The translations under genes were made by a program, and so were the position numbers. This document shows, in pieces, positions 18,078 to 27,546 of a stretch of 64,000 nucleotides of DNA (the stretch's first letter is position 1; each line of letters opens with the position of its first letter). The notes below the pieces were generated by a model. That model saw only the letters and a program-made list of their open reading frames with translations. It did not search any database and was not told the origin of the DNA. The stretch is from a virus. Taxonomy: Duplodnaviria; Caudoviricetes. The stretch is from positions 64,001 to 128,000 of the IMG/VR virus record IMGVR_UViG_3300027689_000001. One strand, given 5' to 3'.

Positions 18078-19066
18078 ATTCTCCTAATATTGGTTTTATC
18101 AATTTCAACTTTACCATCTCTCCAAGATTTTCTGGGAGGATCTGGTGCGGGTATATCGTGGGTAGACATATGTTTTTCCATAGTGAAGAAGTCTGTTGGA
18201 TTTTCTACCACCACTTCGGGTTTCTTCATCGGTTTATGTTTCTTAACAACCTTCTTCGATGCTCCTGTTGTTGGAGTTGGATCAACCTCAGCAGCAACAA
18301 ATTCTACTATACCCGTTTCTTCTTTCTTTGTCAAGCTTAAAATCGAAATATTTGCTGCAATAACCAAAAGAATTGCCAGAGGGTCGAATACGAAGATAAG
18401 AACAATAATCATCAGACGCACTGCTTTATCGATAGTAGCAGTATCGCCACTACCGTAGAACAGTTCTGCGATATATTTTATCGGACCTACTTCTGCTTCG
18501 AGTTTGAGGTTTTCTGTTTTGAGCGGTATGAGATCAGTCTCAATAGTCTCAATGTCTGCAGTCGCACTCTTAATTTCATTATCGAGGGACGCACGTTCTC
18601 TTTTCTGTCTGTTTCTAATAAAATTAGCATCGAGCACATCCTCTGCAGTAGTGAGTCTGTCCAGAGTATCCAACGATGTTTGTGCATTTTTCAGTCTCCT
18701 TTCGGCAGATGCTTTCTTGCTCTCGAGTTGTTCTATTTTAAATACTGCTGAACCACCAACAGTAGTATGTTCAATATGTGCTCCACTGAGATAACCAAAT
18801 ACCCCAATACTTGTGATGAATGATAGCACCACAATTGCGATTGTAAAGTATGTCTTCAACAGTTTGTTAGCAGTTTTCCAATTCCGATACACCCAACTCG
18901 CAGTGACGAGTTTAGCAAATTCTAAAGATCCACCCATAGCTGCAACAGCAATAGGAGATGCAGGGAAAATCGCCATCAAACCTAATATCGAAAAGTAACC
19001 AGCAACTGATGTAATCGCCAGCGCCGCCAACATTAATAGTGCTATGAATAGCATCCAGGTCTCCAA
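18074..19066 (-). CDS. membrane protein with coiled coil
   Basis: 3 N-terminal TMs, a coiled coil, EVGPIKYIA and a C-terminal TM ending FDPLA. Confidence 0.8.
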   Translation of the reverse strand: METWMLFIALLMLAALAITSVAGYFSILGLMAIFPASPIAVAAMGGSLEFAKLVTASWVYRNWKTANKLLKTYFTIAIVVLSFITSIGVFGYLSGAHIEHTTVGGSAVFKIEQLESKKASAERRLKNAQTSLDTLDRLTTAEDVLDANFIRNRQKRERASLDNEIKSATADIETIETDLIPLKTENLKLEAEVGPIKYIAELFYGSGDTATIDKAVRLMIIVLIFVFDPLAILLVIAANISILSLTKKEETGIVEFVAAEVDPTPTTGASKKVVKKHKPMKKPEVVVENPTDFFTMEKHMSTHDIPAPDPPRKSWRDGKVEIDKTNIRRM

Positions 19067-19389
19067 TCAGGTAATTTTAATTCTTTCAAGTGATCAAGTC
19101 TCAGACGCACATTCCACATTTGATTGATGCATCTGTCGTCGAGTCTATGCTCCCATTGCAGGATATGCTCAACTGCCTTGGCATGCGATTTGCTGTCGTA
19201 TTCAGCGACAACTTCTTTGCGCATTTCGCCTTCATAGTTAGTCACATAAGAGGAACTTCCGAAATATGATTCGAATAGTTTCTCAGTTTTACATGAATAC
19301 CCAATATAAAATTTGCCGTCGTCGAAGTAAGTGCAATACACTCTGTGCACCTTCTTCGCCAACGGCTTACGTTTTTTTCTAATTACCAT
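19042..19389 (-). CDS. stand-alone GIY-YIG-like endonuclease
   Basis: VY..YFDDGKFYIG...YFGSS...E...N pattern; AATAAATA at 19410-19417. Confidence 0.7.
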   Translation of the reverse strand: MVIRKKRKPLAKKVHRVYCTYFDDGKFYIGYSCKTEKLFESYFGSSSYVTNYEGEMRKEVVAEYDSKSHAKAVEHILQWEHRLDDRCINQMWNVRLRLDHLKELKLPDWRPGCYS

Positions 19390-19412
19390 AATCTACTCCG
19401 TAAGTAGACTAT

Positions 19413-19568
19413 TTATTCGCTTTCTTGATCGGTGTCAAAGTCATATTCTTCTTGATCGATTCCCTCGCCGCAGAAAGGACAGTGTAATACTCTATAATAT
19501 CTGCCATCCATATCGTGGTCTACAGAAAATAGAGCATTACAACTGTTGCATTCATATTCCTCGTCCAT
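19413..19568 (-). CDS. small acidic Zn-ribbon protein (51 aa)
   Basis: Not in the track: MDEEYECNSC...HCPFCGE... Confidence 0.75.
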   Translation of the reverse strand: MDEEYECNSCNALFSVDHDMDGRYYRVLHCPFCGEGIDQEEYDFDTDQESE

Positions 19569-19573
19569 GACGA

Positions 19574-19876
19574 TCAAATATCTTCTAATACAGATTCATA
19601 AGTTATATTATTTTCTTGACAATACTGAATATATCCTGGAACGACATTTGTCTCGACCCTTGCCACCCACTCTTGATACGTTTGTTCGTCTGCGAATGTC
19701 AATGTTATAATGTTCTTATATCCCTGTGCAGCAAAGTATCCAGATTGTTCGATTTTATCTTGATTTTCCTGGATATACTGATTCATTGTATTTTCTTCTA
19801 ATCTAGATGGTACTTGCCAATACCATAGAGTGTTCAAATCATCTCTAGTATATGTGATTGTTAATCTCTTAACCAT
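19574..19876 (-). CDS. hypothetical protein
   Basis: AAGGA RBS; AT-rich. Confidence 0.7.
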   Translation of the reverse strand: MVKRLTITYTRDDLNTLWYWQVPSRLEENTMNQYIQENQDKIEQSGYFAAQGYKNIITLTFADEQTYQEWVARVETNVVPGYIQYCQENNITYESVLEDI

Positions 19877-19900
19877 ATTAGATCCTTTTCTTGGTTAATT

Positions 19901-20875
19901 TTACGCAGCAATTCCCCAGACGTCATCCCATTTACCTGAGAGTGCACCCTTTGCATAGTCGGTAGCACGATTCTCAAAGAAGTTGGTATGCGTTGGAGCA
20001 TTGATCATTTCCTCAACCCATGGAAGAGGATTTTTCTTGACCTTAAAGATACCCTTTAGACCAAGACTGATAAGTCGACGATCACAGATATAACGGATAT
20101 ATTTCTTGACATCAGCAGATGTAAGATCTTGCATCTCACCCATCTCGAATGACAAATCAATAAACTTGTCTTCTAGTTCTACCATTTTCTCGGCGATAGT
20201 ATAGATACTGGATTTTAGTTCGTCGTTCCAGAGTTCTCTGTTCTCTTCAACATAAGTACGGAACAACTTAATCATCGACTCGGCATGCATTGTTTCATCA
20301 ACGATTGACCAAGTAACGATCTGTCCCATACCCTTCATCTTTCCGTGACGAGGGAAGTTGAGGAGCATAATGAAGGATGAGAACAGTTGCATACCCTCAG
20401 TGAATGCACTAAATGCAGCGATATTGGTCGCGACTGATTCAGGAGTTCCATTTGTGTTCGACAAATCCATAAAGTAGTCGTGCTTTGCTCGCATTGAGTC
20501 GTATTCCAGGAATTCCTGATACGTTGTTTCTGGCATGCCCAAAGTTTCAATGAGGTGAGAATACGCTGCAACATGGAGTGCCTCCCTTGCCGCAAACCCC
20601 ATCAACATCATACGAATTTCAGGTTGAGGGAAATACGGTAGATAGTTCTTCACATAACCACCAGCAACATCGATGTCACCCTGTGTGAAGAAGCGGAAAA
20701 TGTTAGTCAGAAAATGCTTTTCACCATCGGTAAGACGTTTCTTCCAGTCGTTGACGTCTTCCGACATCGGGACTTCAGTGTGCAACCAATGTGACTGCTC
20801 GTGCTTTAACCATGCGTCATATGCCCATGGGTAGTTGAATGGTTTAAAATATGCTCGTTCTGCCATTAATGTCAT
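19901..20875 (-). CDS. nrdB: ribonucleotide reductase class I beta subunit
   Basis: REALH..AY, EGMQLFSSF, DETMH and NFFE motifs. Confidence 0.97.
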   Translation of the reverse strand: MTLMAERAYFKPFNYPWAYDAWLKHEQSHWLHTEVPMSEDVNDWKKRLTDGEKHFLTNIFRFFTQGDIDVAGGYVKNYLPYFPQPEIRMMLMGFAAREALHVAAYSHLIETLGMPETTYQEFLEYDSMRAKHDYFMDLSNTNGTPESVATNIAAFSAFTEGMQLFSSFIMLLNFPRHGKMKGMGQIVTWSIVDETMHAESMIKLFRTYVEENRELWNDELKSSIYTIAEKMVELEDKFIDLSFEMGEMQDLTSADVKKYIRYICDRRLISLGLKGIFKVKKNPLPWVEEMINAPTHTNFFENRATDYAKGALSGKWDDVWGIAA

Positions 20876-21030
20876 GGTCGACCCTGACCCCTATACTTTT
20901 TAAAGTTTTGCTTTTTATTTTTATTCATTGTGCTGGTTTTGATTTTTCCATTACCAATCGAAGTGCCATTTTTATGGGTTGCGTTGATACTGTTTTTCGT
21001 TGTCCCCGAGGACTTACCGCCTTTTGCCAT
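20872..21030 (-). CDS. small basic protein (52 aa)
   Basis: Not in the track: MAKGGKSS...KKYRGQGRP; coupled on both sides. Confidence 0.75.
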   Translation of the reverse strand: MAKGGKSSGTTKNSINATHKNGTSIGNGKIKTSTMNKNKKQNFKKYRGQGRP

Positions 21031-21266
21031 TAGTTATTCTCCGCCCATTTGATTAAATCATCATAACCACCGACGTGATGTCCATTAATCCAAATTTGCG
21101 GAACTGTTGTTATCCCAGGAGCTGCGGCAACTACATCTTCCCATAATACATCTTCACCCACCAAACTTTCAACATACTGAATTTCCATACCAGTCATAAA
21201 TTCTTTTGCCAGTACACAGTACGGGCAATCTGGTTTGGTATAAATTTCTGCAAAAAACTGTGACAT
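21030..21266 (-). CDS. nrdC: glutaredoxin
   Basis: CPYC, TVPQI and HVGGYDDL motifs. Confidence 0.95.
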   Translation of the reverse strand: MSQFFAEIYTKPDCPYCVLAKEFMTGMEIQYVESLVGEDVLWEDVVAAAPGITTVPQIWINGHHVGGYDDLIKWAENN

Positions 21267-21269
21267 GTT

Positions 21270-23072
21270 TTATCCTTCGCATGCAACACAAGTGTCGCCT
21301 TCTATCATTGCTTTGAAGTCAATCTCTTTGATTACTTCTCGTTCAATGCGCTTCGATACCTTATCTGCCTTACCGATCTTCTCAGAACGACAGTAATACA
21401 TCGTCTTTAAACCCTGCTTCCATGCAAGATAGTGAACAGCATGCAGATATTTGATATTCGCATCTGGGCGGAAGAATACATTGAGGGACTGCGCCTGATC
21501 AATAAACTTCTGTCTGTCTGCTGCATGCTCAATAACCCAACGCTGATCAATTTCCATGGAGGTCTTATAAATTTCCTTGGTTTGACTGTCCATCCAAGTC
21601 AGATGCTGCACCGAACCATCGTTGGCGATAATCGAAGACCAAGTCTCATCATACCATCCAGTAGGTCTACCGAGTGCTGCTTCTTCTAGAATAATACCAT
21701 CGAGGTATTTATTCTTATTGAGAAATGAACCAGACAAAGTATCCTGTCGATATGCATTTGCTCGCCATGGTTCAATCGACGGACTTGTATTACCCATGAT
21801 GATTGATGACGATGCGTTAGGTGCAATAGCTTGCATATGCGAGAACCGACGACCAGTGCCAGCCGCATCAGGTGCTTCACCACGTTCTGCACCTAGTTCT
21901 AGATTTGCAGTGTCGAGACGAGTCTTGATGTGTTTAAACACTCGCATATTTAGACCCTTGGCAACTGCAGACTCCCACGCAATACCCTTGCGTTGTAGAT
22001 AAGCATGGAAACCTAGCGCACCGATACCAATTGAGCGCTCACGCTTTGCTGAATAGATCGCACGACCTACCTGCTTGGGAGCATTATCAATGAAGTATTG
22101 CAATACGTTATCTAGCATCTCTGCCATGTCCTTGAGGAACAACGGATCTTTCGACCAAGAATCATAGTATTCTAGATTGACTGACGAGAGGCAGCAAACA
22201 GCAGTACGCTTCCTATCCGTCGGAAGAATGATTTCCGAACAGAGATTCGACTGATGAATCTTTAGACCAAGATCTTTCTGGAACTGCGGCATTGCACGAT
22301 TCGAAGCATCGATGAAGTGTAGATATGGTTCACCTGTCATCATACGAAGTTCTAGAATCTTCTGCCAGAGATCCTTTGCCGAAACTGTATCGCGGATTTC
22401 GCCCGACTTAGGATCGGTAAGGTTCCAACTGTCATCAGCTTCTTTGTCTGCCATACAACGCTCAACGATTTCCATAAACGCATCCGAGATGTTGATCCCA
22501 TGATGCAGGTTTAATGCACGCATGTTGGGATCACCAGTCGGTTTGCGCATTTCTAGAAATAACCCAACATCAGGATGAGAAATATCCAGATAAGCAGCAT
22601 AAGAACCACGACGAGTGCGACCTTGACGGTAAGCCATAGAAGAAGCATCATAAGTGCGAAGGTGAGGCATAACACCAGTAGACTTATCATCTGCGGCGCG
22701 AATACCAAAACCAATACCAACGCCGCCACCAAGCATAGACAACCAGTTAGTTTCTGAAAGATTTTCAACTAGACCCTCCGCAGTATCATCAATGAAGTTT
22801 AGGAAACAACTGATTGGCATACCACGCTTTGACCGACCAAACGAGAGGATCGGAGTGGCGTATGACAACCAGTGCTTTGATGCATATTCGTATAGACGCT
22901 GCGCATGTGCAGGATTAGAACCGAACGTCTTTGAAACAAAAGCGAATCGATGTTGCGGAGACGTTTCGTCGTCCTTCATGTATGATTCTTGAAGTCGCTG
23001 AATACCTAGTTTGTCAAACAGGGAGTCCCGTGATAGGTCAATCTGAATATCCAGATAATTCTCTCTTGCCAT
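21270..23072 (-). CDS. nrdA: ribonucleotide reductase class I alpha subunit
   Basis: SCF, SNLCSEI, APNASSS, KTMYY and C-terminal CVAC. Confidence 0.97.
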   Translation of the reverse strand: MARENYLDIQIDLSRDSLFDKLGIQRLQESYMKDDETSPQHRFAFVSKTFGSNPAHAQRLYEYASKHWLSYATPILSFGRSKRGMPISCFLNFIDDTAEGLVENLSETNWLSMLGGGVGIGFGIRAADDKSTGVMPHLRTYDASSMAYRQGRTRRGSYAAYLDISHPDVGLFLEMRKPTGDPNMRALNLHHGINISDAFMEIVERCMADKEADDSWNLTDPKSGEIRDTVSAKDLWQKILELRMMTGEPYLHFIDASNRAMPQFQKDLGLKIHQSNLCSEIILPTDRKRTAVCCLSSVNLEYYDSWSKDPLFLKDMAEMLDNVLQYFIDNAPKQVGRAIYSAKRERSIGIGALGFHAYLQRKGIAWESAVAKGLNMRVFKHIKTRLDTANLELGAERGEAPDAAGTGRRFSHMQAIAPNASSSIIMGNTSPSIEPWRANAYRQDTLSGSFLNKNKYLDGIILEEAALGRPTGWYDETWSSIIANDGSVQHLTWMDSQTKEIYKTSMEIDQRWVIEHAADRQKFIDQAQSLNVFFRPDANIKYLHAVHYLAWKQGLKTMYYCRSEKIGKADKVSKRIEREVIKEIDFKAMIEGDTCVACEG

Positions 23073-23618
23073 TTATAGTCCCTGTTCCTTCAACACTTTT
23101 TCGATGTCTGGTTTGAAATATGATTCTGGTTTAAGAATCTTACCATCTTCCCGCTTCTTAATCTTACCATTATCAGAAACCTTGCTCATGTTAGAAGCAC
23201 GAACTTCTTTCCACACTTCTTCAAAGTTGATACCAAGAGTTGCAAACAATCCCTGAACAACCCAGACTAGGTCGGCACCACCGTCAGCAATGTCTCCAAT
23301 ATGGCGACGAAGAAAACCATCGCAAAGTTCGCGGTATTCTTCGTCGATTAGATTAATATATAGGTTTGCTTGCGCCAAATTATCATCATTTAGATGCGGA
23401 GTTGTGCCGACATATTGATCTGCTGCAATCATAAATTCGGTAACGTCTTTTTGGTTATTCATAATATTTTCTTTCTTCGTCAATGCCCAAGATCCATCAT
23501 TTTTTTCGGACCATACCAGTTCTGTGTCTTCATCCCAGCGAAGAGTCTTCAATAGATCATGCGGGAGTTCTATATATAATTCACCGTCATCATTTTCCTT
23601 AACAACGACTGTATTCAT
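23073..23618 (-). CDS. AbrB/MazE-like domain fused to MazG-like NTP pyrophosphohydrolase
   Basis: N-terminal LYIELP.DLL..L.W.E...L.W; C-terminal LIDEEY.E...D...D...EVRASNMSK...REDGKILKP. Confidence 0.8.
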   Translation of the reverse strand: MNTVVVKENDDGELYIELPHDLLKTLRWDEDTELVWSEKNDGSWALTKKENIMNNQKDVTEFMIAADQYVGTTPHLNDDNLAQANLYINLIDEEYRELCDGFLRRHIGDIADGGADLVWVVQGLFATLGINFEEVWKEVRASNMSKVSDNGKIKKREDGKILKPESYFKPDIEKVLKEQGL

Positions 23619-24331
23619 GCTCGCACCTCTTCAAGAATGTGATATTTAGGTTCCCATCCGAGTCTGAATATTTCATCGATATTGGCATGAGTGACTTCTC
23701 TCTCACCAACAACATCTTTGAACGGAACATCTCGGTAACCATAGGCATCCAAAACTTCACTAACAGAGATCGGTTTATCCGATCCAATATCTACTATACC
23801 CGAATAATTAGGATTAGTCAATAGAGTTTCAATCGCAGAGCAAATATCTTCAACGTGCGTCCAGTCTCGAAGATGTTTTGTCTTATATTCGATTTTATTA
23901 TTAAGCATCATATCATAGAACATGTCAGGTCGACTATCTGGACCATAAACTGTATGGAACCTCATACCAATCGAGTTATATGGTGCATGTTCTTCCATCG
24001 CTTTCTTACTAGTAGCATATGGATTCTTCCACCACTCATAAACTGATGAGGAAGATGCATAGATTACCTTGACACCATTGATTGTGCACCAGTCAAAAAT
24101 TCTCTTGGATGCAGTCACGTTGGTGACCCAATAACCTTCTGGATCATCCCAACTCTTACGAACACCAGCGAGTGCTGCTAAGTGCAACACTACATCTGGA
24201 TAACCGTAAGATTCCGTCATCTTCCATTCGCGGATATCTCCTTCATATGGAATTACCGTGTGATTCTTAGAAAGAATACGAAGCGCATTCCTACCTATAA
24301 ACCCTTCGTGTCCAGTTAGTAGAATTCTCAT
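23615..24331 (-). CDS. NAD-dependent epimerase/dehydratase
   Basis: TGHEGFIG, HLAA, YASSSS and YATSK motifs. Confidence 0.92.
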   Translation of the reverse strand: MRILLTGHEGFIGRNALRILSKNHTVIPYEGDIREWKMTESYGYPDVVLHLAALAGVRKSWDDPEGYWVTNVTASKRIFDWCTINGVKVIYASSSSVYEWWKNPYATSKKAMEEHAPYNSIGMRFHTVYGPDSRPDMFYDMMLNNKIEYKTKHLRDWTHVEDICSAIETLLTNPNYSGIVDIGSDKPISVSEVLDAYGYRDVPFKDVVGEREVTHANIDEIFRLGWEPKYHILEEVRA

Positions 24332-25026
24332 GGTAGTTTTCTTTCGAATTCTTTCTGCGCTGCCATGTCATCTAGTGCTTTGATTACATCGGGGAAGTGT
24401 TGACCGATAATCTCCCAGCACTGTTCAGCAACGATACGATGTTCTTTCTGTGTCGCTTTATCCATGCGCAACTGACAGTAGTGAACCCATGAACGTAACG
24501 AACCTGCCATAATGATAGTCGATTCAGTTAGTCCTTCAGGCAGCAAGGCACGTGCTTGTTCTTTTGCTATACCAAGTTTAATAGCAGTATTATACTCTTT
24601 CTTGGCATGATAGATCATACGGCGCTGAATGTGTTCCCAGTCAGTGTCAATGATTTTATCATCTACTTCAATAGAGTTCTGTCGATTCTTAACGTCTTGT
24701 AGTCTTGGTTCTCTAGTGCCGAATCCAAGGTCTGTAGTCGGATCTGCATATCTCTGTGAAAATTCTTGGAACGAAAAGGATCGATGGCGAAGTATTTGCC
24801 GAGCGATGTCACGAGTTGTTTTAATTTCCATTGATACATGGACCATCTCCAAAGGTGACCAGTGTTGGTTCTTAATAAGATACTGAACCAGTTTAGGTGC
24901 TGTTGCTGTATTGTTCTGGTTAGAAGGATTAGATACTCTTGCTGCCCATGCAACCAGTTCATTGGCAGTACTACATTCTGTATACGCACTTGGTTTTGTA
25001 AGTCCGATCAGATTTACTTCGCTCAT
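24328..25026 (-). CDS. thyX: flavin-dependent thymidylate synthase
   Basis: RHRSFSFQEFSQRY ThyX motif. Confidence 0.97.
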   Translation of the reverse strand: MSEVNLIGLTKPSAYTECSTANELVAWAARVSNPSNQNNTATAPKLVQYLIKNQHWSPLEMVHVSMEIKTTRDIARQILRHRSFSFQEFSQRYADPTTDLGFGTREPRLQDVKNRQNSIEVDDKIIDTDWEHIQRRMIYHAKKEYNTAIKLGIAKEQARALLPEGLTESTIIMAGSLRSWVHYCQLRMDKATQKEHRIVAEQCWEIIGQHFPDVIKALDDMAAQKEFERKLP

Positions 25027-25568
25027 TCAACTCTCCATGATGTTGTATTCAATTTAATATTAGTTGGCCAATCGCCTTCAGTATAAGATTTATCATGAAA
25101 TCTCAACTCGTTTGTAGGCATAATACAAAGTCTACCGTTGTCTAGTTCTACAAACATAAACTCCTTAGACTGTGAGGGATGCATACTGTAACCATCGTTC
25201 ATCGGAATAGCAGTAAACAGATAGCGACCAAACTCTCCACTGCTACGAATCTCTGCACGCTGAGTGTTTAGATAATCATAACAGACAACTGAGAACTGAT
25301 CACCATAGCAATCCCATACCTGTGTATCTTCAAGTCCCCAGAGTGGTTCTGGGTCTGCTGAAAATGCTAGAGCATGCGGCGGAACACTGCGCCAGACAGC
25401 ACCACATTCCAACATCACATGACATCCCCATGAGTGTCCAGGTTTTGAATGTAATGCAAACCAAATACATGGTTCAAAGGTATATGGTTCTACACCCTTG
25501 CGAATGAATGATGAGTCTACCCAACAGTAGATATGATTCGGAATGTTACCCGATCCAGTATAAAGCAT
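25023..25568 (-). CDS. hypothetical protein
   Basis: Coupled ORF. Confidence 0.75.
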   Translation of the reverse strand: MLYTGSGNIPNHIYCWVDSSFIRKGVEPYTFEPCIWFALHSKPGHSWGCHVMLECGAVWRSVPPHALAFSADPEPLWGLEDTQVWDCYGDQFSVVCYDYLNTQRAEIRSSGEFGRYLFTAIPMNDGYSMHPSQSKEFMFVELDNGRLCIMPTNELRFHDKSYTEGDWPTNIKLNTTSWRVE

Positions 25569-25834
25569 TACTCGACTTCAAACTCTTTGACCGTCTGGAA
25601 CTGTGCCTTACTTACGAAACCGATACCCAATAGATGGTCTACACGGTCAGTTGCGTCGGCATAATCTGCATATCTACCATCATCGAACCACCACCAGCGG
25701 TCGAGACCAAGGAACCAGCGAGGTTCGCGTCGGTATTCGACCAACCACATATCGTCTGTTCGATGGATACGCAACTTTGTAATTCTGGTATGACGGATTT
25801 CTACGCCATATTCATTAGCGACCAATTCGCTCAT
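25568..25834 (-). CDS. hypothetical protein
   Basis: ATGA overlap with the primase; GGAGG RBS. Confidence 0.7.
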   Translation of the reverse strand: MSELVANEYGVEIRHTRITKLRIHRTDDMWLVEYRREPRWFLGLDRWWWFDDGRYADYADATDRVDHLLGIGFVSKAQFQTVKEFEVE

Positions 25835-26862
25835 ACTTTCCTCCACATGGCATACTTTGCCTTTGCTGATAGACCTTGAAACGTATTATCATTTATAATA
25901 CCCTGAATTTCACCAGAAGTCAACCCATTTTCAATCATTTCATTAATATCTTTTCCAGGAACATCTGGCCAAATTACCATCTTGTATCCCATATCAATAT
26001 ACTTATTCATCAACTTACCGACTTCTCGGTTTTTAGGTTGGTTGTCAAAAATAATTGTTATTTTTTCTTTTGGTATCGGGAGTTGGTCGATTTTTCCGAA
26101 TGACGTTCCAGCGCAAGCGATAGAATTATCCAGAAAAAGGGAGTCAAGGGGCCCTTCGACAACGAGTACTTCTTTTGTAGGATCGACCTGATCCAAACCA
26201 AAAATCGATTGTGCATCTTCATCTACCTTAATGTTAATATAACGTAATGACTCGCCTCTGATTCCGCGAAGGCTAACAACAAGGAGTTTACCAGCGCCAT
26301 CAAAAAAAGGAATCGCAAGTCTCGGTTCAGATGTAATGATCGACTCTTTGTATTTGGCATTAAGTTGAATGACATCTTTAACATTAGGAATGAAATACAA
26401 CCGATCAAAAGCATCGCGAGGAATTTTGCGGTCAGTAACATATTTAATTACCTCATGATCATCTGGTAGCGTATCAAGTCGATCCATAATCGAGTCGAGT
26501 AGTTTAGGTTCTGGTTTTTTAGCAAACTTCGGTTCTTCAAACTTTAGAACTGATTCTACGGTTTTATGAGAACTCTTGTTATGCGCCCCATCTGCATATC
26601 GTTCTACGACATATTGACTGTAGAGGGTTGCATCAAAGTTCTTGAGGAATGTTCCAAAGTGTTGACTCGCGCCACATTTATGGCACTTGTAATATAGATC
26701 CTGTTTACCGCGATAGAAATATCCTCTCGCCTTGCGCTTTAGACGCTGCGAATCACCACAGATTGGGCATCTGCAGTTGAATAGATCTTGGGTTTTCTTC
26801 TTGAAATTCTCGAGTCGATACGAAATCGAATGGAGATACTTGATATCAATATATAAACTCAT
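25831..26862 (-). CDS. gp61: DNA primase
   Basis: CPICGDS...CHKC zinc ribbon; EGPLDS; KDINEM. Confidence 0.96.
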   Translation of the reverse strand: MSLYIDIKYLHSISYRLENFKKKTQDLFNCRCPICGDSQRLKRKARGYFYRGKQDLYYKCHKCGASQHFGTFLKNFDATLYSQYVVERYADGAHNKSSHKTVESVLKFEEPKFAKKPEPKLLDSIMDRLDTLPDDHEVIKYVTDRKIPRDAFDRLYFIPNVKDVIQLNAKYKESIITSEPRLAIPFFDGAGKLLVVSLRGIRGESLRYINIKVDEDAQSIFGLDQVDPTKEVLVVEGPLDSLFLDNSIACAGTSFGKIDQLPIPKEKITIIFDNQPKNREVGKLMNKYIDMGYKMVIWPDVPGKDINEMIENGLTSGEIQGIINDNTFQGLSAKAKYAMWRKV

Positions 26863-26868
26863 AATACA

Positions 26869-26897
26869 GTTATACCCCATTATGGGGTGGAAGTAAA
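26869..26897 (-). promoter_or_regulatory. sigma70-type promoter with palindromic spacer
   Basis: TTTACT-17 nt-TATAAC; the spacer contains ACCCCA/TGGGGT. Confidence 0.55.
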
Positions 26898-26902
26898 GGG
26901 AT

Positions 26903-27370
26903 TTATTGAAAAAACTTTAACAATACAGGAAGAATTTTCGTTATAAGTGCACCCAGTACCAAACCACCACCGATCATAATATACTTGGTTCTTTCCAATT
27001 GTTCAATACGTTTTTTGTTTTTTTCTTCTTCTTTATCGACCGATCCCTTGAGTTCTTTGATCGATGCCATGATTTTATCTTCAGTCTGATCAACCTTATC
27101 CGAGAGTTCTCTCGTTGTGGTTGTTATGCGAGAATGAAGTTCTTTATTGTTTTCAGTGGATTCTCTACGATGGACTTCCATCGCATCGTAGAGATCTTTA
27201 TTTACAGCTTCTTGTCCGTTTAGTTTTAAATCGTGCACGACAAGCATTTTATTGATTGAGTTAGAAACATCAGTCATCTTTTCTATTACGGTATCTAGAC
27301 GACCGAACACGACCTGCATTTGCTTCAGGTCGTGTTCTAGAATCGCGACTTTAGTTTCTAACTCTACCAT
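26903..27370 (-). CDS. coiled-coil protein with C-terminal TM (lysis-associated?)
   Basis: Heptad pattern with a single C-terminal TM. Confidence 0.7.
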   Translation of the reverse strand: MVELETKVAILEHDLKQMQVVFGRLDTVIEKMTDVSNSINKMLVVHDLKLNGQEAVNKDLYDAMEVHRRESTENNKELHSRITTTTRELSDKVDQTEDKIMASIKELKGSVDKEEEKNKKRIEQLERTKYIMIGGGLVLGALITKILPVLLKFFQ

Positions 27371-27541
27371 TTACTTTGCTTTTGTCTTGCGGATTTTCTT
27401 GACTACTTCTTTGACAACCGCTACTTCTGCTTCTGCCTTATCGACAACAGCAGTAAGTTCAGCAACGTCTATTTTACCATCTTTATTTGTATCTGCAAAA
27501 CCAAATAGAGTTTTGATGAGTTCTTTAATCTTGTTAAACAT
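27371..27541 (-). CDS. small EF-hand protein
   Basis: Canonical loop DTNKDGKIDVAE. Confidence 0.75.
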   Translation of the reverse strand: MFNKIKELIKTLFGFADTNKDGKIDVAELTAVVDKAEAEVAVVKEVVKKIRKTKAK

Positions 27542-27546
27542 ATCTG

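Noticed and set aside
19901-25026. Group I introns or inteins in nrdA, nrdB or thyX (also checked gp41, gp43, uvsX)
   Set aside because: All are uninterrupted and of ordinary length.
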